From the human T2T-CHM13v2.0 reference genome, Homo sapiens: a DNA stretch of 64,000 bases. Of the stretch, positions 41,901 to 55,282 are shown one piece after another (position 1 is the first letter of the stretch; every line of letters begins with the position of its first letter). The translations under genes and the position numbers were made by a program. The notes under the pieces are model-generated. The model had not been told where the DNA came from. It ran no database searches and saw only the letters and a program-made list of their open reading frames with translations. Where the stretch lies: NCBI RefSeq assembly GCF_009914755.1, contig NC_060936.1; one strand, 5' to 3'.

Positions 41901-43150
41901 TCCCAATATCACAGAGGCTGTACACCAACCCCGCCCCCCACCGTGATATTGTTTCTAATATCCAGGGGTGGAGAAGAAGATATTACTTCCAGTATCACAG
42001 GGGGTGTACACCAACCTTGTGATATTGTTCCTAATATCCATGGGGGAATAGGATATTACTCCCAATATCGCAGCAGGTGTACACCCCCTTTGTGATATTA
42101 TTTCTAATATCCAAGGGGGGAGAAAATATTACTCCCTATATCACAGGGGGTGTGCACCCCCCTTGTGATACTGTTCTTAACATTTAGAGGAAGAGAGAAT
42201 GATATCACTCCCAATATCACTGGTGGTGTTCACCTCCCTTGTGATAATGTTCTTAATATCCAGTTGGGGAGTGTATTGATGATATTGCTTTCAATATCTT
42301 AGGGGGTGTATACCCCCTTTGTGATATTGTTCCTATTATCCAAGATGGGAGCCGATATTACTCCCAATGTCGCAGAGGCTGTACATCCCCCCACCGCGTG
42401 ATATTGTTCCTAATATCCACGTAGAGAATGATATTACTCCCAATATCGCAGGGAATGTACATCCTACCCCCAGTGATATGGTTCCTAATATTCAGGGAAG
42501 GAGGGGATGATATTACTCCCAATATCGCAGAGGGTATACACCGCCCCTGTGATATACTTTCTAAAATCCATGGGGGAAGAGGATATTACTCACAATATCA
42601 CAAAGTGTATACACACCCCTTGTGTTATTGCTTCTAATATCCAGGGGGTGAGAGGATAATATTACTCCCAGTATTGCAGGAAGTGTACACCACTTCTGTG
42701 ATATTTTTCCTAATGTCCAGAAGGGGAGATCATGATATTACTCATAATATGGCAGGACATGTACACCCACCCTGTGATTTTGTTCCTAATATTCAGGTGG
42801 GGAGAGGATGATATTACTCCCAATATCACAGGGGGTCTACACACCCCCTGTGATATTTTTTCTAATATCCAGTGGGAAAGAATATGGCATTACTCACAGT
42901 ACTGCAGAGGTGTATACCTTCCCTGTGTTATGGTTTCTAATGTCCAGGGCGGAAGAGGATATTACTCCCAATATCGCAGGGGGCGTACACCCCTTCTACG
43001 ATATTGTTCTGAATTTTCACTGGGGGAGAGGATGACATTACTTCCAGTATCGCAGGGGGTGTACACCTTTCTGTGATATTTATCCTAATATTCAGGGGTG
43101 GAGAGGATGATATTACTCCCAACATCGCAGGGGGTGTACACCCCTTTGTG
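38911..43150. repeat. SATR1/SATR2-like satellite array, ~73-bp unit, roughly 55-60 copies
   Basis: Approximate consensus AATATCGCAGGGGGTGTACACCCCCTGTGATATTGTTCCTAATATCCAGGGGGGGAGAGGATGATATTACTCCC; family name from memory of Repbase; copy number is length divided by unit. Confidence 0.9.
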
Positions 43151-43154
43151 TATA

Positions 43155-43320
43155 TATCCACTATACAGACAGCCACTCTAAGTCAAAGAAAGAGGAAACA
43201 ACCCTGCCAACACATTGATCTTGGAACTCTAGCCCCCAGAACTGTGAGTCAATAACTTCTGTTGTTTTAGCCATCCAGCTTATGCTAGTTTATTATGACA
43301 TCCCTAGAAAACTAATCTAC
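43155..43320 (+). mobile_element. MLT1 LTR, 3' half only
   Basis: 'accctgccaacacattgatcttggaactctagcccccagaactgtgagtcaataacttctgttgtttt'. Confidence 0.7.
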
Positions 43321-43817
43321 CTCCCTTGAGGAGAGTTGACTGTATTCTACGTAAAGATGGATGATACACGGATATATTATAAAACATGCAGCAGATTATG
43401 GCAGACTGCTAGTTGACCTTCTTACATAGTAAGTCATATTGTCACTTTTTAATTTTTTTGATTTTAGATTGAAGGGTACATGTGCAGGTGTGTTATATAA
43501 GTAAACTCGTGTCATGGGGTTTTTTTGTATGGACTATTTTGTCACCCAGGTACTAAGCCTAGTTCCCAACAGTTATTTTTTCTGATCCTCTCCCTCCTCC
43601 CACCCTTCACCATCAAGTAGGACCTGGTGTCTGTTGTTCTCCTCTTTGTGTCCATGTGTTCTCATTATCCAGTTCCCACTGGTGAGAACATACAGTATTT
43701 GGTTTTCTGTTTCTGCATTAGTTTACTAAGGATAATGGCCTCCAGCTCCATCCATGTTCCTGCAACGGACATGATCTCATCATCTTTTATGGATGCATAG
43801 TATTCCATGGTATATAC

Positions 43818-44120
43818 CAGCAATCCTCAACATTTTTGGCTCCAGGGACTTGTTTTGTGAAAGACACTTTTTCCACCAACAGAGGGGTGGGGGGATGATG
43901 GGGGAAATGGGAGGTGGCAGGGTGGTTAAAGGGCATGCAACCTAGATCCCTCACATATGCACTTCACAATAGGGTTGAAGTTCCTGTGAGAATCTAATGC
44001 TGCCGTTAATCTGACAAGAGGTGGAGCTCAGGCAGTAATGCTTGCTCACCTGCCGCTCACCTCCTGCTGTGCAGCCCCATCCCTAACAAGCCATGGACCC
44101 CTGGCATTTGGGGACCCCTG
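43818..44120 (+). mobile_element. MER1B nested in the L1
   Basis: cagcaatcctcaacattttt...ggggacccctg; similar to the 27069 copy. Confidence 0.85.
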
Positions 44121-46682
44121 GTGTATATGCACCACATTTTAAAAATCCAGTCTGCCATTGATAGGCATTCAGGTTGATTCTATCTTTGCTATTTTAAATA
44201 GTGCTGCAATGAACATACACGTGCATGTGTCTTTCTGGTAGAACAGTTTATATTCCTTTGGGTATATACCCAGTAATGGGATTGCTGTGTCAAATAGTAA
44301 TTCTGTTTTTAGCTCTTTGAGGAATCACCACATCGCTTTCCACTGTGGCTGAACTAATTTACACTCCCACCAAAAGTGTGTAAGCATTCCCTTTTCTCTG
44401 CGACCTCGCTAACATGTTATTTTTTGACTTTTTAATAATAGCCATTATGACTGGTGTGAGATTGCATCTCACTGTCGTTTTGATTTGCATTTCTCTAGTG
44501 ATTAGTGATGTTGAGCATTTTACATATGTTGGTTGGCCACATGTATGTCTTCTTTTGACAAGGGTTCATGTCCTTTGCCCACATTTTAATGGGGTTGTTT
44601 TTCTCTTGTAAGTTTGCATAAGTTTCTTATAGATGCTGGATATTAGACCTTTGTCAGATGCACAGCTTGCAAATATTTTCTCCTATTCTGTAGGTTGTTT
44701 GTTTACTCTGTTGATAGTTTCTTTTTCTGTGCAGAAGCTCTGTAGTTTAATTAGATCCTATTTGTCAATGTCTGCTTTTGTTGCAATTGCTTTTGGTATC
44801 TTTGTCAAGAAATCTTTGCCAGTTAGTATGTCCAGAATAACATTGCCTAAGTTGTCTTCCAGGGTTTTTATAGTTTGGGGTTTTACATTTAAGTATTTAA
44901 TCCACACTGAGTTGATTTTCGTATATGGTGTAAGGAAGGGATCCAGTTTCAGTCTTCTGAATATGGCTAGCCAGTTATCCCGGCACCATTTATTGAATAG
45001 GGAGTACTTTACCCATTGCTTCCTTTTGTCGGCTTTGTCAAAGATCAAATGGTTTTAGGTGTGCAGCCTTATTTCTGGGCTCACTATTCTGTTCCATTGG
45101 TCTAGCGTGTGCTTTTGTACCAGTACCATGCTGTCCAAGAAGTTTTGGTTACTGTAGCCCTGTAGTATAGTTTAAAGTCAGGTAGCATGATGCCTTCAGC
45201 TTTGCTCTTTTTGCTTAGCATTGCCTTGGCTATTCGGGCCCTTTTTTGGTTCCACATAAATTTAAAAATAGTTTTTTTCTAGATTTATGAAGAATGTCAA
45301 TGGTAGTTTAATAGGAATAGCACTGAATCTGTAAATTGTTTTAGGCAGTATGGCCATTTTAATGATATTGATTCTTCCTATCCATGAGCATGGAATATTT
45401 TTCCATTTATGTCATCTCTGATTTCTTTGGGCAGTGTTTCATAGTTCTCATTGTAGAGATCCTTCACCTCCCTGGTTAGCTGTATTCCTAGGTATTCTGT
45501 TCTCTTTGTGACAATTGTGAATGAGATTACATTCCTGATTTGGCTTTTGGCTTGGCTATTGTCAGTGTATAGGAATGTTAGTGATTTTTTGCACATTGAT
45601 TTTGTATCCTGAAACTTTGCTGAAGTTGTTTATCAGCTGAAGGAGCTTTTGGGCTGAGACTATGGGGTTTTCTAGGTATAGAATCATATTGTCTACAAAC
45701 AGGGATAGTTTGACTTCCTCTCTTCCTATTGGGATGCCCTTTATTTCTTTCTCTTGCCTCATTGCTCTGGCCAGGACTTCCAACATTATGTTGAATAGGA
45801 ATGGTGAGAGAGGGCATCCTTGCCTTATGCCAGTTTTCAACGGGGAATGTTTTCAGTTTTTGCCCATTCAGTATGATGTTGATTGTGGGTTTTTCATAGA
45901 CGGCTCTTATTATTTTGAGGTGTGGTCCTTCCATACCTAGTTTATTGAGAATTTTTATCTTGAAGGGATATTGAATTTTATCAAAAGCCTTTTCTGCATC
46001 TATTGAAATAATCATGTGGTTTTTGTCTTCAGTTCTGTTTATGTGATGAATCACCTTTATTAATTTGCATATGTTGATCCAACCTTGAATCCCAGGGATA
46101 AAGCCTATTGATCATGGTAGATTAGCTTTTTGACATGCTGCTGGATTCAGTTTGTAGTTATTTTGTTGAGGATTTTGTCATCGATGTTCCCCAAGGATAT
46201 TGGCCTGAAGTTTTTTTGTTGTGTCTCTGTCAGGTTTTGGTATCAGAATGATGCTAGCCTCCTAGAATGAATTGGGAAGGAGCCCCTTCACCTCAAATTT
46301 TTGGAATAGTTTTAGTAGGAATGGTACCAGCTCTTTGTATATCTGATAAAATTTGGCTGTGAATCTGTCTGATCCTCAGGTTTTTTTTTTTTTTTTTTTT
46401 GGTTGGTAGGCTATTACTGATTCAATTTCAGAGCTCATTATTGGTCTGTTTAGGGAATCAATTTCTTCCTGGTTCAGTTTTGGGAGGGTATATGTGTCCA
46501 GGAATTTATCTATCTCTTCTAAGTCTTTCTAGTTTGTGTGCATAGAGGTATTTGTAGTAGTCTCTGTTGGTTGTTTGTATTTCTGTGGGGTCAGTGGTTA
46601 ACATCCCCTTTGTTGTTTCAAATTGTGTTTATTTGGATTGTCTCTCTTTTCTTCTTTATTAGTCTAGCTAGTGGCCTATCTT

Positions 46683-47000
46683 TTCCTTTCTTTTTTCTTT
46701 TTCTTTTTCTTTTTTTTTGAGATGGAATTTTGCTCTATTGACCAGGTTGGAGTGCAGTGGTGCGATCTTGGTTCACTGCCACCTCTGCCTCCTGGGTTCA
46801 TGCAATCCTCCTGCCTCAGCCTCCTGAGTAGCTGGGACTACAGGCATGTGCCACCACACCCAGCTAATTTTTGTATTTTTAGTAGAGATAGGGTTTCACC
46901 ATATTGGCCAGGCTGGTCTCGAACTCCTGACCTCAAGTGATCCACTCGCCTTGGCCTCCCAAAGTGCTGGGATTACAAGTGTGAGCCACCATGCCCGGCT
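46683..47000 (-). mobile_element. AluSx-like nested in the L1
   Basis: 16-bp TSD gctagtggcctatctt at 46667-46682 and 47001-47016. Confidence 0.93.
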
Positions 47001-49003
47001 GCTAGTGGCCTATCTTATTATTATTTTTTTTTTTCAAAAAACGACTCCTGGATTTGTTGATCTTTTGGATGATTTTTTTTGTGTCTTGATCTCCTTCAAG
47101 TCAGCTCTGATTTTGGTTATCTCTTCTCTTCTGCTAGCTTTGGGGTTGGTTTGCTCTCGCTTCTTTAGTTCTTTTCGTTGTGATGTTAGATTGTAATGAG
47201 TTCTATAGATGTCTATCAGATTAATTTGGTTCAATGTTGAGTTCAGGTCCTGAATATCTTTGTTAATTTTCTGCCTCAATGATCTGTCTGATACTGTCAG
47301 TGGAGTGCTGAAGTCTCCCACTAAGTCTCTTTGTAGGTAAAGCTCGCTCTATGAATCTGGGTGCTCCTGTGTTGGGTCCATATATATTTAGGATAGTCAG
47401 GTCTTCTTGTTGAATTGAACCCTTCACCATTATGTAATACTCGCCTTTGTTTTTTTTTTATCTTTGTTGGTTTAAACCCTGTTTTGTCTGAAATTAGAAT
47501 TGCAACCTCCGTTGTCTGATTTCCATTTGTGTGGTAGATTTTCCTCCATCCCTTTATTTTGAACCTAAGAGTATCATTGCATGTGACATGAGTCTCTTAA
47601 AGACAGCATACCTTTGGGTCTTGGTTTTGTTTATCCAGCTTGCCACTCCATGCCTTTTAAATGAGGCATTTAGCCTGTTTACATTCAAGGTTAGTACTGA
47701 TATGTGTGGGTTTGATCCTGTCTTTGTGTTGTTAGCTGGTTATTATACCAGCTTGTTAGTGTGGTTGCTACATAATGTCACTGGTCTGTGGACTTAAGTG
47801 TGTTTTTGTATTGGGTGGTTATGGTGTTTTCTTTCCATATTTAATGCTGCTTTCAAGATCTCTTGTAAGATTTGGTGGTAATAAACTCCCTCAGCATTTG
47901 CTTATCTGAAAAGGATCTTATTTTTCCCTTGCTGAGGAAGCTTAGTTTGGCTGGCTATGAAATTCTTGATTGAAGATTCCTTTTCTTTAAGAATACTGAA
48001 TATAGGAACTCAATCTCTTCCGGCTTGTAGGGTTTCTGCTGAAAGGTCTGCTGTTAGCCTGATGGGGTTCCTTTTGTAGGAAACCTGCCCTTTGTCTCTA
48101 GCTGCCTTTAACATTCTGTCTTTCATTTCAACCTTGGAAAATCTAACAATTATGTGTCCTGGGGATGATCTTCTTGTGTTAAATCTTGCAGGGTTCCTCT
48201 GTATTTCCTGAATTTGACTGTTAGCCTCTCTGGCGAGGTTGAGGAGGTTTTCATGGATGATATTCTGAAATATGTTTTCCAAGTTGCTTGTTTTCTCCCT
48301 GTCCCTTTCAGAGATGTCAATGATTTGTAGATTTGGCCTCTTTACAAAGTCCCACATTTCTCAGAGGTTTTGTTCCTTCCTTTTCATTCATTTTTTTAAA
48401 TTTTTGTCTGACGGTCTCATTTCACAGAGCCAGTCTTTAAGTTCTGAGGTTCTTTGCTCAGCTTGATCTATTCTGCCCTTGATATTTGCAACTGCATTAT
48501 GAAACTCTTGCAGTGTGTTTTTCAGCTCTATCAGAGCAGTTAGTTTATTACTTATACTGGCTATTTCATCTGTCAGCTCCTGTATCATTTTATTGTGACT
48601 TGGATTGGGTTTTGCTGTTCTCCTGAATCTTGATTATATTTGCTCTTATGCATATTCTGAATTCTAGTTCTGTCATGTCAACCAACTCAGCCTGGTTAAG
48701 ATCCCTTGTTGGAGAACTACAGCAGTTGTATGGAGGACATAAGACACTCTGGCCATTTGAGTTGCCAGAATTATTGCATCAGTTCTTTCTCATCTCTGTG
48801 TGTAGGTGCTCCTTTAAATGCTGGGCTGCCTCTGATTGAAGGGGTCAGATGGGGGCAAGGTGGTTGTGCTGGAGTCCCAGGTCTGGTGGTCCTGCCCTGT
48901 GAGAAGAAGTGAAGACCAGCCTGTGTGGAGAACAGTCCAGCCACTTTTTCACAAGGTGGGTGCTTTGTGCTGGGGATCACAGCTCTGGAGAGTCCATGGG
49001 GGA

Positions 49004-49294
49004 CTCAAACATTAATATGCATAGGAATCATCTGGTGAATTGTTGACACCCAGAATATGATTCATTTATCAATCATGAAAATGAATGATCTGACTGGGAA
49101 AGTTCGAAAAAGGCTTCCAGGTGATGTCAATGTTGCTGATCCTTTTGTCATGGCAAAGACTATGGCCACAGTGGTTCTTAAAGTATGGTTCCTGAACCAG
49201 CATTGTCAGCATCACCAGAGAACTTGTTAGAAATGCATATTCTCAGACCCCACTTCAGACTGGAGGATAGGGCCCAGCAATCTATGTTTTAACA
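49004..49294 (+). repeat. 291-bp direct copy of 51394-51684 (MER5-derived) inserted in the L1 5' UTR
   Basis: 14 substitutions and no indels by manual comparison; offset 2390 bp. Confidence 0.95.
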
Positions 49295-50769
49295 TAGTCC
49301 GTGGGAGACTTTTCAGAGCCTGAAGACAGCCAGAGTGAGGGCTGTGAGACAGCAAAGATGGCAAACCCCCCCTCCCACTGGGTGCTCTGACCCAGGGAGT
49401 TGCAGAGCTGCTACCGGCTTGATAGCCCCAGTGTGGGGTGGCTATAGACCCAGGCCAGAAGGACTTTCCCAGTGAGGAGATATGGGATCAGGGACCCACA
49501 TAACAGTCTGGCCACTTTTCCATAAGGCTACTCCAGTGTGCTGGAGGTCTGCTCCAGTCCCTAGTCACCTCGGATTTCCAGCACCTGAAGGTATCAACAG
49601 TAAAGGCTGTCAAAAAGCAAAGACAGTGGCCTGCCCCTCCATCTGGGAGCTCCATCCCAAGGAGGTACAGACCTGTTGCCAGCCTGAACACCAGCAGAGG
49701 TGGTTGCAGACCTCAATTGGGAGATTCTGCCCAGTGAAGAGAAGCAGGATCTGGGACTCATGTGAAAATGCTGTGTGGCTGTTTCTCTGTAGAACCTCTG
49801 TGCTGTGCCAGGGGACCACTCTAGTCTTTTGTTGCCTTGGACTCCCTAGAGCCCTATGGCAACAACTGCTAAGGTTGTGAAACAGCAAAGATGTCGCTCC
49901 ATCCCTCCCCCTGGGAGCTCTGTTCCAGGGAGGCTCAGAACCACTGCCAGCTGGAAAACACTGGCAAATGTGGCTGGTGACCCCAGCTGGGAGATCCTGC
50001 CCAGTGAGGAGAAGCAGGGTTAGGAACCAGTGTAAAAAAGCAGTCTGGCCACTTTTCCATAGGGCAGCTTCACTGAAGGCAACAATACCTAAGGCTACAA
50101 AACAGCAAAGATGGTGGCCCACCCCTCCCTCTGGGAGCTGTCTCAGGTAGGTGTAATGCTGCCACTACCAGTGGCTGGCTGCAGTTCCAAGCCAGAGTCT
50201 TATCCTGCAAGATGCCACGGAAGCAGGGCCTGCACAGTGTTGCTGCTCAGTCCCCTGAATTCAGCCCCTTTCCTAAGGGCATGTACAGGAGTCTAACCTC
50301 CCACTTTGCCAGAGGTGCAGTTGCTTTTTCTGGGAAGCCCGGATATCTGAAAGGCCTGGAGCTCCACATGTGCCTGAGAAGCTTCTCTGCCATGTAGCTC
50401 TGTGTATCAGACCACAGGCCTTGGTGGTGTAGAATCACAAGGGGATCTCCTGGCCCAAGAGCTGCAAAGATCCATGGGTGAAGCAGGGTTCCTGGGGTCA
50501 CTTACTCACTCATTGCTTCCCTGAGTGGGGGAGGCTCCCCTAGCTCCATTCCATGTCACTCCTGGGCGCGCAGTCATCCTGACTTGCTTTTCCCCATTCT
50601 CCATGGGTTGAGTTGTTTTCTTGATAAATCCCAATGTGTATACCTGAACATTTCAGTTGAAGTTTCTGTATTTACTCTCCCCTTCTATTTCTCTCTGTGA
50701 GAGCAGCACACACTAGCTGCTTCTAGCTGGCCATCTTGGCCAGCCTCCCCATATCTTCACTTTTTAACT

Positions 50770-51166
50770 GAGCCAAACTACATTTTCCACTGTCCAGTAC
50801 AGCTGGCTGTGGCCAGATCACTAAGTTCTGGCCAATTATAATCAGATGTATCAGGAGGCAGATTTTAGAATTTGGCAGCTGCCTTTTGCCCTTTTTTTGT
50901 GCATCCCTTCCTCCTTCCTGGAAGCTGATGTGCACATGTGATATCTGTGGTATTTAAACCTCAGTGACCTTGGAAATGGAAGCTATGAAGTATGAAGAAC
51001 CAGAATAGAAGTAGCTTGAGTGACTAAAAGGTTTGTGGAGCAGTTTAGCAGTCCATCACTGGACTGCCTACATTTGACATGAGAAAAAATGGTCTTTTAT
51101 CTTGTTTAAACCATTGTTTTGGTGGGCTTACTATTATTTCCTGTTGAATCTAATCTTAAACAATAC
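50770..51166 (+). mobile_element. Old MLT1 (H-J-like) LTR, probable host of the L1
   Basis: 'cactaagttctggccaat...ggactgcctac...tcttgtttaaaccattg...ctaatcttaaacaataca'. Confidence 0.55.
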
Positions 51167-51384
51167 AAGTATGTGGTGTGGAAACAGGAGAAAATAAAAC
51201 CTAATGGAGGATTTTAGCTATAGACTACAAAAAAGCAGATTGAGAAGAAATAGTCACAGAGACAGAAGGAAAACCAGGAGAAAATTATATTTGAAAGATA
51301 AAGGATTATCTAAAAAGGGAGAGATGAAGCACTAGATATTCTTGACTCAACAGATATGAGGACCAAGAAATATCTCATGATAGG

Positions 51385-51725
51385 CCCATGCTTCTCAAAC
51401 TTTCATGTGCATAGGAATCATTTGGTGAATTGTTAACACCCAGAATATGATTCACTTATCAAACATGAAAATGAATGATCTGACTGGGAAAGTTCGAAAA
51501 AGGCTTCCAGGTGATGTCAATGCTGCTGATCCTTTTCTCATGGCAAAGACTGTGGCCACGGTGGTTCTTAAAGTATGGTTCCTGAACCAGCATTGTCAGC
51601 ATCACCAGAGAACTTGTTAGAAATGCATATTCTCAGACCCCACTCCAGACTGGGGGATAGGGCCCAACAATCTATGTTTTAACAAACCCACCAGGTGAGC
51701 CTGATGCACACCAAAGTTTGATGGC
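51385..51725. mobile_element. Adjacent MER5B- and MER5A-like hAT-Charlie elements
   Basis: 'cttctcaaactttcatgtgcataggaatca...ccaggtgatg' then 'gtggttcttaaagtatggtt...gcatcaccagagaacttgttagaaatgca...ttttaacaaacccaccaggtga'. Confidence 0.75.
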
Positions 51726-52104
51726 TGCTACGGTTTGAATGTGTCCCCTCCAAAATTCAGGTGTTGAAACTTAATGGCCAATGTGATGGTATTAAGAAAT
51801 GGGGCCTTTAAGAGGTGATTAGGCCATTAAGTCTCCCCACTTTGTGAATGGGACTGAGGCCCTTTTAAAAGAGGCTTGCTTACCCTTCTGCCACATGTGA
51901 GGACATCACGTTCCTCCCCTTCAGAGGATGTAGCTACAGAGGCCATCTTGGAAGCAGACAGAAGCCCTCGCCAGACAACTGAATCTACTAGTGTCTTGGT
52001 CTTGGACTTCCCAGCCTCTACAATTATAAGCAAATGGGTTTCTATTCTTTATAAATTACTCAGTCTTGGATACTTTGTTACAGCAGCAAAAATGAAGTAA
52101 GATA
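51726..52104 (+). mobile_element. MST (D-like) MaLR LTR
   Basis: 'tgctacggtttgaatgtgtcccctccaaaattcaggtgttgaaac...cttggacttcccagcctc'. Confidence 0.8.
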
Positions 52105-54253
52105 ACCATTGGTGAGGGCAAATAATAATAATAATGACTACCAAAGATGTTGGTTACAAACTACAGGCCAGATACTTTAACACTTTCCTTGCATTATGTT
52201 TCACAACAATTCTTTTTATCAAAATGAGGAAACAAGACTGAAAGAAGTTAAATACATAGCCAAAGTCACAAAACTAGCAAGTGGTGGATCCAGGAAACCG
52301 TGTCTGTCTCACACTTAGGTCCACTCTCAGATCCCTTTGCCCACTGATCTTTAAGGGTCAACAGGGATACTACCACACATGATTTCGGCAGCATATGAAG
52401 ATGAACACTAGATTACAATGGCTTTGAAAGGATGGAAATGGGGAAGTGAGCACAAAATACTTTTTCAAAAACATCAACTTTGAAGAAGGAAAGAGAAATA
52501 AAATTAAAACTAGAGGGCTTGGGAGAGAGGGAATTTGCTTGGTTATCTTTAAGAGGGGAAACAGAGATAAAAGAGGATGAGAGTTTCAAGATACAGGAAT
52601 GTGTTAGAGATTTCAAAAGCTCAAACTTGAGCACTATCAGGGGATGGTGGATGAGGAATTAAATATTATTGATTATATTATGATTGCTTTGAGGAAATGG
52701 GGATACTTATTCAGGAAAGGGGAAAGACTTAAGCAAAATACAATAGTGAACTTTAAATATCAAGTAGGTTAAAAGATAGAAGAGGAAAGATTTTATTTTT
52801 ACAGCTTCAGAGAGCAGACCAAGAGATGAAGTTACAAGTGATAGATTCCAACCTTAAAATGAAAAAGAACAGGCTAATGATTAGAAAACAGAATGATTTG
52901 CCTTTTGAGATGGTGATTCTCTTATTACTGAAAACGCTTAAGGAAGAGCTCTTTAACATCCATGATGCAAGTTGTATAAGGGATTTCTGTGAACTTGCTG
53001 AGGTGTTTTAACTATGCTAAAATTCTATGATATGTCCCTGCACTGTCTACTCCTTTGGTAAACTACTGAAGTATAGTACTGCTTATGGTAAGAACAATTC
53101 TTTGTGTAATTTACATCTTGAAGACTTCCTGCTATAATTGACAAGCAATAGAAGTAGAAAATAGATTACTGCCTACATTTCTGGCATTATCAAAACAACT
53201 CATATATTTGAAGTAATTTAAATCATTATGTAGACTTAAGATCAGCAGTTTTCTAAATGCTCACATTTGTATATATCCTTTTCTAAACCTCCGCTCACTT
53301 TTCTTTTCCTGCATGATTTGGAAAATGTAAGCAAGCAACTGGATTTTCCTATCATTCTAAATTGAAGTCCCTTCATTATCTATTTTCAACATTACTGTCT
53401 TTAGTAGATTTTGTTCAGAACCTTCTGCAGACATCATGACTTAACAAGTACAATGTCTCTTCTCCCATATTAAAGATGTCACTACTTCCAAAGCAGAGGA
53501 ATTCATACTTTGATGAATTTATGAAAGAAAACCCCCCCAAACCCAGCATATAACTCAACAGATTCCAAACCAACTCTGCAGAGGTTTGATCCGTTCTTTC
53601 TTCTCACAGCCAACAGATAGAATCACGACCCGAAAATTTCCTAGTTACTACACTGTGAACAACCAGACTATTGGAAAGGGAGCCAAAACTAAAGCCCTCT
53701 GTCCTCTGAGAAGATGAATACAATTCACCAAAGTAAGTATTCACTTTTGCCCACTGGTAGAAAGGGCACAACAAAGGCCTCTAAGTGAGCACTGGAGAAT
53801 GATACCATCTGTTGCACCTGTTGTGGAGAACAGCTGGTCTAGAGACCATATTGTAGATTGCAAGAAAGAGTAAATGTTTACAGAATTGCTATTTATTCTT
53901 GGGTTCAAATTCACTGCTGTAGCAAGTGTCTTGTGAAATGTGATTGAAACAGATTTTGCAAAATTTTAAGTGACCAGAGCCCTCTTTCTCTTAGAGTAAA
54001 CTAAAGAAATAGGAAATTGAAACTTTGTTTCTTGGCTTATGAATTTAGAAAGATGGTTTCTAAGGTTACACTTGATTTTTAACTTGAGTATGTGAGTTTG
54101 CTTTGACCAGAATGTTTTTCTCTTCACATACCTTTCTAAGATTTAGTAGAATATAGTAATCAACATATAATTATATATACACATAGGTATAATATATGTG
54201 TAAAGGTATGTGGATGTATGTGAAATTTTGGATACCTGCTTCTGAGGCTATAA

Positions 54254-54706
<453 letters not shown>

Positions 54707-55267
54707 TAAAAATTTATTTATTTTGTAGAGAAGGGGTCTCGCAATGTTGCCCAGGCTGGTCAAGAAACAATATCCTTTATATTGCCAGTATAATATCCTT
54801 TATATTGGCAGTATAATGTTGCCAATATTTGTGTCCTTCTCACAGACCCGAAGGTCAATAAAATATATAAACTATATAGTCTAGAAAGGTAGAATGCTAA
54901 GGTTCTATGGTGTTCTCTAAAAATAATTTGCCAGTGGCATTACAGCAATATGTTCCAAAGGCTACTATACTTTTCTCGTCTTTCAGAATATCAAGTCATA
55001 CACAAATGGACCTTTTAAATTTGCTTGTAATGCAATCACAGCATTTTAGTTAAATTTGAATTCATGACGGGGTCATCTTTTCTCAAAATATTTGGAAAAA
55101 CTGGTTTGAACTATGGACAAGAACATGTCTTTCTGACTCAACTCCTAAGTTATTCTGTGCATCAGTAGTTTATCCCTTTCTCTTCTTCAGAGAGAAAGAA
55201 TGGAAGGGACGGGGAGGGAGAACATGTTCCGCAAGGTGCCTTTGGAAGCTGGGCTATTGACAGTGCA

Positions 55268-55282
55268 CCACCAGGGGGCAGC
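55268..55282 (+). promoter_or_regulatory. Consensus CTCF core motif
   Basis: CCACCAGGGGGCAGC matches the CTCF core; binding is not shown by sequence alone. Confidence 0.7.

Larger units (their letters stand above)
43453..50749 (-). mobile_element. Near-full-length older L1PA (PA13-15-like), inactive, with nested MER1B, Alu and a templated insert
   Basis: 3' UTR at ~43460-43700; ORF2/ORF1 translations; repetitive 5' UTR; 5' end revcomp GGCCAAGATGGCC; TSD catat(tg/ct)tcactttttaa at 43435-43452 and 50750-50767. Confidence 0.9.

Noticed and set aside
38911-43150. CRISPR-like appearance (regular palindromic repeats)
   Set aside because: No unique spacers: the intervening sequence is also repeated. 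The context is primate with no cas genes. It is a satellite.
38597-43255. Many overlapping ORFs with repeated 'EDDITPNIAGGVHP' peptides
   Set aside because: Translations of the satellite on both strands with frequent frame changes; no gene structure
48830-50150. ~250-bp imperfect repeats in the minus-strand L1 5' region (also ~62000-62400)
   Set aside because: Tandem subrepeats are an intrinsic feature of older L1 5' UTRs, not local events
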